Positions 1 to 9,890 of a DNA stretch of 64,000 nucleotides are shown here, piece by piece. The notes below the pieces were generated by a model. The model saw only the letters and a list, made by a program, of their open reading frames with translations. It ran no database searches and had not been told where the DNA came from. Position numbers and translations under genes: made by a program. Position 1 is the stretch's first letter. Every line of letters starts with the position of its first letter. Source of the stretch: Promethearchaeota archaeon (GTDB taxonomy: Archaea > Asgardarchaeota > Lokiarchaeia > Sigyniarchaeales > SOKP01); contig JAEOTA010000051.1 in NCBI GenBank assembly GCA_016840085.1, positions 68,548 to 132,547 of the forward strand, given 5' to 3'.

Positions 1-84
1 AAATCTGGAAGTGAGTTAGCTAATCTAATTCTAAGAATTGACAGAATTATTAGTTCAAAAGGTTCAAAACCAGGATTAGAATAA
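1..84 (+). CDS. 3' end of a CDS truncated by the window edge (KSGSELANLILRIDRIISSKGSKPGLE*)
   Basis: Open frame from base 1 to TAA at 82-84, followed by a T-rich tract. Confidence 0.5.
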   Translation, partial: KSGSELANLILRIDRIISSKGSKPGLE

Positions 85-88
85 TATA

Positions 89-110
89 ATTTTTTTTATT
101 TTTTATTTTT
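89..110 (+). terminator. Oligo-T archaeal terminator-like tract
   Basis: T-rich run directly after the stop at 84. Confidence 0.4.
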
Positions 111-261
111 ATAATCTATTAAAATGAAGAGATTCTCTACAATCTGTAAAAAATGCTTTCTCTATAATTAGTTAACATTAAAAAATTTGAAAAATTTTCT
201 TATTACACATTCATTTTTATTTTAAATTGATTTCACAGATAAAAATTCGAAAATATATATT

Positions 262-2136
262 ATGGAAGTTATCGATCAAGAAAATCTAAAGAAATTATAC
301 GATCTAAGGAATGAAAATGTATTAAAGATCGTAAAGGAATTTGTTAGTATATGTAAACCCTCTAAAGTTACAGTTATAACAGATTTAAAAGAGGACATCG
401 ATTATTGCCGACTTAGAGCCATTGAAATCGGTGAGGAAATAGAATTAGCTACTGAAGGCCACACTACCCATTTTGATGGATTTTTCTCAATGTCTAACCA
501 TGATCAAGCAAGAGATAAGGAACATACGAAAGTCTTAGTACCAAGAGGACATTATAGACCTCCCGCTATAAATACAATTGATAGAGAAAAAGGCCTTGAG
601 GAGATTTTAGAAATTATGGAGGGATGTATGGAGGGTCATGAGTGCATAGTTCGGTTTTTTTGTTTAGGACCTAAAAACTCTAAATTTTCTATCCTAGCAC
701 TTCAACTCACAGATTCTTTTTATGTAGCTCATTCAGAAGACCTGCTTTACCGATCTGGATACGAAGAGTTTAAAAAATTAGATGGATCTAATGACTTTTT
801 CTATTTTATCCATTCTTCCGGGGAATTAATAGGAGACATACCAGTTACAAAAAATCTTGACGATAGAAGAATTTACATTGATTTTGTAGAAAATCGTGTG
901 TTATCTGTAAATAATCAATATGCTGGAAATAGTCTTGGATTAAAGAAATTGGCATTAAGGCTAGCAATTTATAAATCTAATAATGAAGATTGGTTAACAG
1001 AACATTATTTTATCCTAGGAGTACACCCTAAAGAAAAGAATAGAGTCTCATATTTCTGTGGAGCATTTCCAAGTGCATGTGGCAAAACAAGCACAGCCAT
1101 GTTACCAGGTCAGACGATAGTTGGAGATGATATTGCTTATCTTAGGGTATGGGAAGATGGATATGCTCATGCAGTAAACATAGAAAGAGGAATTTTTGGT
1201 ATCATCAAAGATGTGAACGCTAAGGATGATCCAGTAATATTTGAAGCATTAACAACACCAAGAGAAACTATATTTAGTAACATTTTGATAGTGGAGGAAT
1301 TACCTTATTGGATTGGTGATGGAAGACCAATCCCAGAAATAGGCATAAATTATTCAGGAGAATGGTATAAAGGGAAGAAAGATAAGAATAATAAAGAAAT
1401 TCCTCATGCACACCCTAATGCTCGTTATACTATTCGTATGGAAGAATTAGATAATGTTGATCCAAATTTACACAATCCAAATGGAGTACCGATATTAGGG
1501 ATATTTTATGGTGGGCGGGATAGTGATACAATGCCACCTATACTTGAAAGCTTAAGTTGGGAACATGGAGTTTTCTTGGGTGCTTCAATTGAATCTGAAA
1601 CCACTTCTGCTACTCTTGGTGCTGAGGGGGTGAGAAATGCTAATCCAATGTCTAATTTAGATTTTCTCGTCATAAGTTTGGGAAAATACCTTAAAAATCA
1701 TCTTAAATTTGGCACTAAATTAAAATTCTCTCCAAAAGTTTTTGCTACTAATTATTTTCTTAAAAATAAAGATGGAAAATATTTGAATGGAATTTTAGAT
1801 AAGTTATGTTGGGTAATTTGGTCAGAGGGTCGAACTCAAAATGATTTTGAGGCTATAAAAACACCTATTGGCTATATACCAAAATACTTAGACTTAAAGA
1901 CTTTGTTTAAACAATATCTTGATAAAGATTATACAGAAAAAGATTATGTCGAACAGTTTTCTATAAGAATAAATAATATTTTAGAAAAATTAGACCGAAT
2001 TGAGGTTATTTATAAAAAAGAAAAAGATGTTCCGACATTTTTCTGGAATATTTTTAATAATCAGAGGATTAGTTTAAAAAATTTGAAGAAGGTGTATGGC
2101 ATGGCAGAAATCTCACCAATACTATTAGAAAAATAG
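262..2136 (+). CDS. pckG: Phosphoenolpyruvate carboxykinase (GTP)
   Basis: YAGNSLGLKKLALR, GAFPSACGKTS P-loop, VGDDIAY, AHPNARY and FYGGRD motifs. Confidence 0.95.
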   Translation: MEVIDQENLKKLYDLRNENVLKIVKEFVSICKPSKVTVITDLKEDIDYCRLRAIEIGEEIELATEGHTTHFDGFFSMSNHDQARDKEHTKVLVPRGHYRPPAINTIDREKGLEEILEIMEGCMEGHECIVRFFCLGPKNSKFSILALQLTDSFYVAHSEDLLYRSGYEEFKKLDGSNDFFYFIHSSGELIGDIPVTKNLDDRRIYIDFVENRVLSVNNQYAGNSLGLKKLALRLAIYKSNNEDWLTEHYFILGVHPKEKNRVSYFCGAFPSACGKTSTAMLPGQTIVGDDIAYLRVWEDGYAHAVNIERGIFGIIKDVNAKDDPVIFEALTTPRETIFSNILIVEELPYWIGDGRPIPEIGINYSGEWYKGKKDKNNKEIPHAHPNARYTIRMEELDNVDPNLHNPNGVPILGIFYGGRDSDTMPPILESLSWEHGVFLGASIESETTSATLGAEGVRNANPMSNLDFLVISLGKYLKNHLKFGTKLKFSPKVFATNYFLKNKDGKYLNGILDKLCWVIWSEGRTQNDFEAIKTPIGYIPKYLDLKTLFKQYLDKDYTEKDYVEQFSIRINNILEKLDRIEVIYKKEKDVPTFFWNIFNNQRISLKNLKKVYGMAEISPILLEK

Positions 2137-2155
2137 AATATCTTAAAAAATTTAA

Positions 2156-2836
2156 CTAAACCAAATATTTTAGCCCAGATTTTACCTTATATGTTTTACT
2201 AACTCTATCAAGCTCAATAAACCGTTTTATCTCAAGGTTATTTAAGAAATTACGAATTTCAACCTTATCTTTATTCAACTCTTCTCCTAATCCTTTAACA
2301 TCATTTTCATAAGTACGAAGAATTTGAAGTAATGAGGAATATTCTTCATATATTACATTTACTAAATGTGTGATTGATTCTTTAATATTTAAGCCTGTTT
2401 CTGTGCTTGTTGGAAACATTTTGGTGTCTTCTGGCAAATAATTCTGTGTCCGTATTACTTCTGGAGGACGAGCACCCTCAATATCTTGTTTATTAGCTAA
2501 AAAAACTATTGGGATCCCTGAGGGCAATAACTTCCGGATTGAATTCAAAATCATAATTGCGCTATCGTCTTTTTCAGGATGAATTGCATCAAAAATAAAA
2601 ATTATCCCATCGCTCCCACTTGTTACAATATTTCGCATAACAGAAAATCTTAAAAGACCCGGAGTTCCAAATAAAAATACATCAAAACCATTTAGCTTAA
2701 TACTACCTAAATCCATCGCAACTGTATAATACTTTTCATCTTTACCTTTTGCTTCTACATTTAACGCATTCGAATCCAAGTGTTTAATATAACTCGATTT
2801 ACCACACTGTAATGGTCCGGAAACGACGATTTTTAT
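2156..2836 (-). CDS. MglA/Arf-like small GTPase with C-terminal winged-helix-like extension; probable ATA start
   Basis: Frame extends upstream of the 2779 TTG to IKIVVSGPLQCGKSS (P-loop); FGTPG and NKQD motifs; GGTGA 6 nt before ATA at 2836. Confidence 0.85.
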   Translation of the reverse strand: MKIVVSGPLQCGKSSYIKHLDSNALNVEAKGKDEKYYTVAMDLGSIKLNGFDVFLFGTPGLLRFSVMRNIVTSGSDGIIFIFDAIHPEKDDSAIMILNSIRKLLPSGIPIVFLANKQDIEGARPPEVIRTQNYLPEDTKMFPTSTETGLNIKESITHLVNVIYEEYSSLLQILRTYENDVKGLGEELNKDKVEIRNFLNNLEIKRFIELDRVSKTYKVKSGLKYLV

Positions 2837-3098
2837 TGTGAGTCACCAAAATTTTAATAACTACTTAGATTTTACTTATTTTATTTATATACTAAAATAA
2901 TACCTTGGTATTAATTATAATTTTTTTATTATCTTTTTAATAGTTATCATGTGGTTTAAGTATTAAAATCTTTAATTCATTTTCAATTTTTTGTAGGATT
3001 ATAATTTAAAAATTTAAAAAAAAATTAGATTGGGTAGACTAATCCTTTAGAATAAGATATTGAGTATTTTATTGTAAATTTAATTGTATTTAAAATAT

Positions 3099-4229
3099 TT
3101 ACTTTAGCCCGAATCCTTCTGCTCTTTTTGATTTTCTTTTACTAAAGCTAATTATCTGAGCTAACATTTTTGATTTCTCTACAGAACTATTTAACTCATG
3201 TGGTTCTACAATATATCCTTTATTTAAAGCAAGATTATAGATTTCTTGTCCCATTTTTGTACGAATCATGACAGTTGTATGATCTTTCTGCGAACCCAGC
3301 CCCCCAAAAGAAATATCTGCAAAATAATTTGAGAAATTTTCACAAACTCTACATGCATGTCTCATAATATCTTGAAGTTCAGAGAATTCTATGGTTATAG
3401 GCACATCCTTATCTCTAAGATTAATTATCAGATTATCCTTTATATTTAACTTTTCAATATCATTAAAAGCAAATTTGAACCTTTCTTCAATTCTCGCCCT
3501 TGCAACATCATCAAATTTAAAATTTTCATAGCAAAATAAACCTAAAGTATATTCAACAATATGAGCAGGGATAATATTGAGTTCTTGCATTTTTCTAATC
3601 GAGTGAATCTGACAAGGAACTCCAACTACGGCAATTTTCATATAATCAGAAAATACGATTTTTTTCAATTCGGAAATAGTTGATACAAATGTATTATATT
3701 TTCCTAATTCGGGAATTGGTCCTTTTGATTGATAATAAGTACCAGCAGCTTCAAGAATTTCCTCCTTGTTTTTCGCAAAAAAAGGAATTCTCTGAAATGA
3801 ATTAATTCTTTTTGAAATAAGAGCACCATTAATCAAATTATTATCTAAAAGAGCAATTAAGATAGCTGTAACCACTCCTCCGTCTGTAGCTACTTCCCTT
3901 ATTTTTGAACTTTTTGCTTGGGCTGAAACTATTTTAGACCAGTGCCCGATTGGGGGTTTGAAATTATATTTTTTGTTTAATTCACTATTTAATTCGAAAG
4001 TTTCAGGGCATATCAGATAACAAATCCCACAATGTAAGCAATTTTCTTCATTTGAATAATGTGGGGGACCATCCTCAGTCATTTCAATTGCACCAATATC
4101 TGCTGCTGAACAAAAACTAACACATCCTCCACATTCTCCACATATATCCCTTTCATGAACTTCCTTGATGAGATCCTCGAAGGATTTAGGTAACTCTTCA
4201 TTTACATTTAATAGATGATTATCAGTCAT
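3099..4229 (-). CDS. Coenzyme F420 hydrogenase/dehydrogenase beta subunit (FrhB/FpoF-like) with N-terminal 2x[4Fe-4S]
   Basis: CGECGGCVSFC and CLHCGICYLICP; DGGVVTA, VGVPCQ, LGLFC, CRVC and ADISFG motifs. Confidence 0.9.
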   Translation of the reverse strand: MTDNHLLNVNEELPKSFEDLIKEVHERDICGECGGCVSFCSAADIGAIEMTEDGPPHYSNEENCLHCGICYLICPETFELNSELNKKYNFKPPIGHWSKIVSAQAKSSKIREVATDGGVVTAILIALLDNNLINGALISKRINSFQRIPFFAKNKEEILEAAGTYYQSKGPIPELGKYNTFVSTISELKKIVFSDYMKIAVVGVPCQIHSIRKMQELNIIPAHIVEYTLGLFCYENFKFDDVARARIEERFKFAFNDIEKLNIKDNLIINLRDKDVPITIEFSELQDIMRHACRVCENFSNYFADISFGGLGSQKDHTTVMIRTKMGQEIYNLALNKGYIVEPHELNSSVEKSKMLAQIISFSKRKSKRAEGFGLK

Positions 4230-4591
4230 AATTTTCCTTTCTGTTTTCTTTCCTTTAGTTAACTAATAATTTTCAAACATTTTTTAATGTTATAATTTTT
4301 ATGAAAAAAACTATATTGAAATGATATAAATCGTTTATTTTTTTTCAGTTTAGTATAGAATTTTGAACTTTTTTTCCCAATTTAATATTAGATTTTTATT
4401 ATACCATTTTTACAATAATATCTCTTAATCTGCAGATTTCCTAATATTTCGAATTTATATTCATTATTGATAATTTAAAAAGTCATAATATTTCTAAATC
4501 AATACTTTTTTCTTACTCATTTATCATTTTAATAAAAAAAAGTGTCGCAAATTTTTAAAAAAGTTACTAAAATCTGAAACAGTAAAAAATC

Positions 4592-4616
4592 TTTAAATAT
4601 TAAGATCGATCTTAAT
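4592..4616 (+). promoter_or_regulatory. TATA-like TTTAAATA adjoining a perfect 18-bp palindrome (candidate operator) upstream of hdrC
   Basis: ATTAAGATCGATCTTAAT at 4599-4616 is its own reverse complement. Confidence 0.5.
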
Positions 4617-4748
4617 TATAATATTGAAAAAGATTATTGTATTCCTTAAAAATATAATAAACACATTATTAAAATTGTTAATATTTATAAAATAAGAAAA
4701 GCAGAATCTTAAATATATTAAATTAATTAAAAAAAGGCTTAAGCAATT

Positions 4749-5252
4749 ATGCAGATGGTCGATTTTGAATTTCGAAATGAAATATTTAAAGAAGACTTTT
4801 CATTGAATTATTGTTATCAGTGTGGAACTTGTTCTAGTTCATGCCCTGTAGCATTTATTACTAGTGGTGATTATAATCCTCGTAAAATTATTGAAGAATC
4901 CCTTTTAGGTTTTAAGGATTTATTGATAAAAGATCAGAAACCGAATGTATGGTTGTGTTGTACGTGCCAGATGTGTGTAGAAGAATGTCCACAAAACGTC
5001 ATTTTAACAGACATTTTTGAGAAGATTAAGAATAAAATCGTTCAATTAGGGGAACCATATCCTGAAGCTTTTAAAGTGCAAGCAAAAGCAGTAATAGAAA
5101 ATGCTTTAGCAATTTCCCTTACACCATCAATCACACGAAGAAGAGAACAATTGGGATTACCCAATATCGAGTCTGCAGATATTAATGAAATAAAGAAATT
5201 ATTGGGAGCTACAGATTTTGAAAAGAAAATTAAACTTAATGGTGGTAAATAA
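4749..5252 (+). CDS. hdrC: Heterodisulfide reductase subunit C
   Basis: CYQCGTCSSSCP and WLCCTCQMCVEECP; precedes hdrB. Confidence 0.92.
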   Translation: MQMVDFEFRNEIFKEDFSLNYCYQCGTCSSSCPVAFITSGDYNPRKIIEESLLGFKDLLIKDQKPNVWLCCTCQMCVEECPQNVILTDIFEKIKNKIVQLGEPYPEAFKVQAKAVIENALAISLTPSITRRREQLGLPNIESADINEIKKLLGATDFEKKIKLNGGK

Positions 5253-5257
5253 GTAAA

Positions 5258-6127
5258 ATGTCTTATAATTATTTTTTAGGTTGTGTAATTCCTGGAAGAC
5301 TTCCATTTTTAGAAGCTTCAGCGCGAAAAGCTTTTGACAAAATTGGTGTTAAAGTTGGAGATCAAGCTAAATGTTCATGTTGTCCGGATCCTACAGGAGT
5401 AGCACAATTAGATCATGAAAGTTTTTTAGTTTTAGGTGCAAGAAATTTATGTCTTTTTGAAGAAAGTAATAATAATGTGTTGAGTTTATGTTCTGGATGT
5501 ACAGAGACCCTTAAAACCGTTAAATTTATCTTAGATAAAGATAAAGAAAAGAAGAAAGATATTAATTCGAAATTAAAACTAGTAGGAAAGAATTATAAGG
5601 GAGATGTTGAGATAAAGCATTTTGCCCAAGTTTTATATGAAAATCTTAATAAAATCAAAGAAAAGGTCAAAAAACCTTTAAAAGATTTAAAAGTCGCGGG
5701 TCATCCTGGTTGCCATTATCTTCGTCCATCTGAAATAATGAATTGGGATGATCCACTTAATCCTGAAACATTAGATATGTTAATTGAAGCGATTGGAGCA
5801 GATCCTATAGATTATAGCTTAAAGAACGATTGCTGTGGAAATCCATTAGATAAATCTGATAAAGATATCTCTCTCAGTATGTTAGAAAGTAAACTCAAAA
5901 GTATGAAAGAAGCAGGAACAGACTGTATTGCAGTTGTTTGTCCCGCTTGTTATCAACAATTTGATTTTAATCAGAGGGAAGTAAATAAAAAGAAAAATAC
6001 GAACTATAATTTTCCAGTTTTCTATATAACTGAATTGATTGCTGTAGCATTAGGAATAGATACAGAAGAACTTGGATTAAACTTCCATAGGATTAAGGTT
6101 AACAATATTTTAGAAAAAATTGCTTGA
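5258..6127 (+). CDS. hdrB: Heterodisulfide reductase subunit B
   Basis: Two CCG-type domains (FLGC...SCCP...CSGC; HPGCH...CCG...CPAC). Confidence 0.93.
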   Translation: MSYNYFLGCVIPGRLPFLEASARKAFDKIGVKVGDQAKCSCCPDPTGVAQLDHESFLVLGARNLCLFEESNNNVLSLCSGCTETLKTVKFILDKDKEKKKDINSKLKLVGKNYKGDVEIKHFAQVLYENLNKIKEKVKKPLKDLKVAGHPGCHYLRPSEIMNWDDPLNPETLDMLIEAIGADPIDYSLKNDCCGNPLDKSDKDISLSMLESKLKSMKEAGTDCIAVVCPACYQQFDFNQREVNKKKNTNYNFPVFYITELIAVALGIDTEELGLNFHRIKVNNILEKIA

Positions 6128-6150
6128 AATAGCAGAAAAGGTGTTTTTAT

Positions 6151-7446
6151 ATGGATGAAAATTCAAAAAGTGTAATGATTATAGGAGGAGGAATAGCAGG
6201 GATTCAGGCATCTTTAGATTTAGCTGAAAGAGGTTTAATAGTTGAATTAATTGAAAAAAATGCATGTATTGGAGGAAGAATGGCTCAACTTGATAAAACT
6301 TTTCCCACAAATGATTGTGCTATTTGTATTTTAGCACCAAAACTTGCAGAATGTTTTCGACATCCTAATATTAATTTACACACTTTATCAGAAGTAAAAA
6401 GTTTATCAGGTCAAGCAGGTAATTTCAAAGCGAAGCTATTAAAGAAAGCAAGGTATGTAAAAGAAGATGAATGTATCAATTGTGGTCAGTGTATAGAAAA
6501 ATGTCCAATGAGAGTAGATGACGAATTTGACATGAACTTGAGAAAACGTAGAGCGATTTATATAGATTATGTTCAAGGAGTTCCCTCAATAGTGACGATT
6601 GATAGGGAAAATTGTCTATTCTTCACAAAACAGGCTTGCAGAATCTGTGAAAAAGTATGCGAAAGAGAAGCAATAGATTTTGAGCAACAAGATGAAGAAA
6701 TTGAATTAAATATTGGATCAATCATCGTAGCAACTGGATATGATATCTTTAATCCAAAATCCATTGAATCATTAGGGTATAGTAGATATCCAAATGTAAT
6801 AACTGCTTTAGAATTTGAACGATTAATTTGTGCGTCAGGACCTTTGGGCGGTCATTTGATGAGACCATCGGATAAAAAAGAACCTAAGAAACTTGCTTTT
6901 ATTAATTGTGTAGGATCAAGAGATATAAAAAACAATCCATATTGTTCATCTTGCTGTTGCATGTATACCACAAAAGAAGCTATGATTGCTTATGAGCATG
7001 ATAATGAAATAGAAACTTCAATATTTTATATTGATCTTAGAGCCGCCGGTAAAGGTTTCCGAGAATATATTCAAAGAGGAAATGATGCATATGCCATTAG
7101 TTATATTAAAGGAAAAGTAGCTAAAATATTAGAAGACGATCAAAGAAATCCTCTCATTATTTATGAAGATATTAATACCTCACAAGTTAAACAACTTAAT
7201 TTTGATTTAGTTATTTTAGCTACTACTATGGTACCTAAAAAAGATGCCGTTGAATTAGCAAAATTATTAGGAATTGAACTAAATGAATATAACTTTTATA
7301 AGGGAAACTATTTCCATCCACAAAAATCATCTAAAGAAGGAATATTTCTCTGTGGGGCTTGTAGAGACCCAATGGATATTCCTAATTCAGTAATCGATGC
7401 AAGTGGAGCAGCTGCTAAAGCTGCAGAAATAGTAATGAGGGATTAA
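6151..7446 (+). CDS. hdrA: HdrA-like flavoprotein, first part of a split polyferredoxin HdrA
   Basis: GGGIAG FAD motif, LDKTFPTNDCAIC, ferredoxin insert, CVGSRD...YCSSCCC. Confidence 0.9.
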   Translation: MDENSKSVMIIGGGIAGIQASLDLAERGLIVELIEKNACIGGRMAQLDKTFPTNDCAICILAPKLAECFRHPNINLHTLSEVKSLSGQAGNFKAKLLKKARYVKEDECINCGQCIEKCPMRVDDEFDMNLRKRRAIYIDYVQGVPSIVTIDRENCLFFTKQACRICEKVCEREAIDFEQQDEEIELNIGSIIVATGYDIFNPKSIESLGYSRYPNVITALEFERLICASGPLGGHLMRPSDKKEPKKLAFINCVGSRDIKNNPYCSSCCCMYTTKEAMIAYEHDNEIETSIFYIDLRAAGKGFREYIQRGNDAYAISYIKGKVAKILEDDQRNPLIIYEDINTSQVKQLNFDLVILATTMVPKKDAVELAKLLGIELNEYNFYKGNYFHPQKSSKEGIFLCGACRDPMDIPNSVIDASGAAAKAAEIVMRD

Positions 7447-7449
7447 AAA

Positions 7450-9117
7450 ATGTCAGATAATGAAATAAGAATTGGAGTTTTTATTTGCCATTGTGGTACA
7501 AATATAGGCGGCGTTTTAGATATATCTAGTTTAACTGATTACGCTAAAACATTACCAAATGTAGTTTATGCTGCTGCTAATCTATATACCTGTTCAGAAG
7601 TTGGATTAAACGAAATCAGAGAGAATATAAAGGAACATAATTTAAATCGTGTTATGGTAGCATCCTGTTCTCCACGAACACATGAACCTTTATTTAGAGC
7701 AACCTGCCAAGAAGCGGGTTTAAATCCTTATCTATTTGAAATGGTTAACATTCGAGATCAAGATTCTTGGGTTCATATGAAAGAACCAGAAAAAGGCACT
7801 GAAAAGGCTAAAGATCTTATTAGAATGGGTGTGTATAAAGCAGCTCTGTTAGAGCCATTAGAAAAAGTACAAGTTGGTGTAACCCCTTCTGCTTTAGTTA
7901 TTGGCGGGGGTATTGCTGGAATGAATGCCGCATTGACTTTAGCAAACCAAAATTTTGAAGTAAATTTAATAGAAAAAGATTCTGAATTAGGAGGATTAAT
8001 CAGACATTTAAACAAAGTATTTCCTACTAATGAAGATGCTTCCAATTTATTAGAAATACGAAATTTAGTTCAAAGTCATAAGAAAATAAATGTATATACA
8101 TCTGCTATTTTAGAGAAGATTGAAGGTTATGTAGGGAACTATAAAGTGAATATTAAACAAAATAATAATATCATAGAATTTGATGCGGGTGTAATTATTG
8201 TTGCTACTGGAGCAATCCCTTTATCGCCAGATGGTTATTATGATTATAATGGAAAAAATATAATTAGTCAATTAGAATTAGAGGAATTACTAAAAGAAAA
8301 TAAAGTTAATGCAAATAATGTTGTCATGATTCAGTGTGTGGGATGTAGAAATGAAGAGCGGAAATACTGTTCAAATATATGTTGTATGACCGCTCTTAAA
8401 AATGGAATGTTAATTAAGGAACAAAATCCCGATGCACATATTAATATAATTTTTCGAGATATACAAACTCAGGGGGTTACTTATGAGGAGTATTATAGAA
8501 AAGCAAGAGAGATGGGCATTTTATTTATAAAATATTTACCTGAAAAACCTCCAATCATTAAGAAAGATCATATTGAAGTTTATAATGAATTTATGAATCA
8601 AGTAATTGGATTACCTTATGATCTTATTGTCTTATCAATGCCTCTTATTGCCAATGAAGATTCAGAACAGTTAGCTAAAATGTTAAAAGTTCCATTAGGA
8701 GAGAATAAGTTCTTTTTAGAAGCTCATGTGAAATTACGACCTGTCGATTTTGCTACCGATGGTGTATTTTTATGTGGTTCTGCTCATTGGCCAGCAGATA
8801 TATCAGAATCAATATCACAATCTAATGCAGCAGCTTCAAGAGCAAGTACAATAATATCTAAGAACATGCTTGAAGTAGAAGGATCAACAGCAGAAATTAA
8901 TACAGATTTATGTGTGGGTTGTGAAGCATGTATTAAAATTTGCCCCTATAGAGCAATATCTAAAGATGAGGAGACTGATATTGTAGTCGTTAATAAGGTG
9001 ATGTGTAAGGGCTGTGGTGTATGCGGTGCTAGCTGTCCCCAAAATGCTATTATTATTCACCATTTCACAAGCGATCAAATTATGGCAGAAATTATGACTT
9101 ATGGAGGTGGAGTATAA
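7450..9117 (+). CDS. hdrA: HdrA-like flavoprotein, second part
   Basis: IGVFICHCGTNIG, ASCSPRTHE, GGGIAG, FLEAHVKLRP, C-terminal 2x[4Fe-4S]. Confidence 0.9.
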   Translation: MSDNEIRIGVFICHCGTNIGGVLDISSLTDYAKTLPNVVYAAANLYTCSEVGLNEIRENIKEHNLNRVMVASCSPRTHEPLFRATCQEAGLNPYLFEMVNIRDQDSWVHMKEPEKGTEKAKDLIRMGVYKAALLEPLEKVQVGVTPSALVIGGGIAGMNAALTLANQNFEVNLIEKDSELGGLIRHLNKVFPTNEDASNLLEIRNLVQSHKKINVYTSAILEKIEGYVGNYKVNIKQNNNIIEFDAGVIIVATGAIPLSPDGYYDYNGKNIISQLELEELLKENKVNANNVVMIQCVGCRNEERKYCSNICCMTALKNGMLIKEQNPDAHINIIFRDIQTQGVTYEEYYRKAREMGILFIKYLPEKPPIIKKDHIEVYNEFMNQVIGLPYDLIVLSMPLIANEDSEQLAKMLKVPLGENKFFLEAHVKLRPVDFATDGVFLCGSAHWPADISESISQSNAAASRASTIISKNMLEVEGSTAEINTDLCVGCEACIKICPYRAISKDEETDIVVVNKVMCKGCGVCGASCPQNAIIIHHFTSDQIMAEIMTYGGGV

Positions 9118-9888
9118 ATGGCATTTGAGCCAAAAATATTAGGATTTTTATGTAATTGGTGTTCATATGCGGGAGCAGATTTAGCTGGTGTCAGTCGAAT
9201 CCAATATCCAACTAATATCCGGGTTATTCGAGTCATGTGTTCAGGGAGAGTTGATCCTGTGTTTATAGCTGAAGCATTTATACAGGGTATTGATGGAGTG
9301 CTTGTTTTGGGATGTCATTTAGGAGATTGTCATTATATAAGTGGAAATTATGAAGCAGAATTAAAAATGAAAATGTTAAGTAAATTACTATCTGTAATAG
9401 ATTTCTCTGATCGATTAAATCTTGATTGGGTTTCGGCTTCAGAAGGAAATAGATTTGCTCAAATTGTAGGCGATTTCACTGAACAGATACGTAAATTAGG
9501 TCCATCTCCTGTTAAAGATAAAAAACATAAAAAAAACATCATTGATAATCTCAATGCCATAAAATACACTTTGTGTGATTCACGATTAAGAGCTCTAGTT
9601 GCTAGGCAAAGAGAATTAACAACAGAAGGAAATGTCTATGGTGACATAATACCGACGGAGGAATTTGAGATGATACTTAATGACGCTATTGAAAACGAAT
9701 TTGTGCGTCATATAATTTTAGAGAAAATAAAGAATAAAGGTAAATCTGTCCCTGATATAGCAAAAGAAATTAAAATTGAACCTCATAAGGTTTTACAGCA
9801 TATTGTAACTCTAAGGGCTCGTGGTTTAGTTGATGTTGACCAAATAAATGAAGAAATTCCTACATTTATTTCAATTAAGGTGGATTAA
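9118..9888 (+). CDS. mvhD: MvhD [2Fe-2S] subunit with C-terminal winged-HTH-like extension
   Basis: FLCNWCSYAGAD, RVMCSGR, GCHLGDCHY, WVSASEG; tail SVPDIAKEIKIEPHKVLQHIVTLRARGLV. Confidence 0.9.
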   Translation: MAFEPKILGFLCNWCSYAGADLAGVSRIQYPTNIRVIRVMCSGRVDPVFIAEAFIQGIDGVLVLGCHLGDCHYISGNYEAELKMKMLSKLLSVIDFSDRLNLDWVSASEGNRFAQIVGDFTEQIRKLGPSPVKDKKHKKNIIDNLNAIKYTLCDSRLRALVARQRELTTEGNVYGDIIPTEEFEMILNDAIENEFVRHIILEKIKNKGKSVPDIAKEIKIEPHKVLQHIVTLRARGLVDVDQINEEIPTFISIKVD

Positions 9889-9890
9889 GA

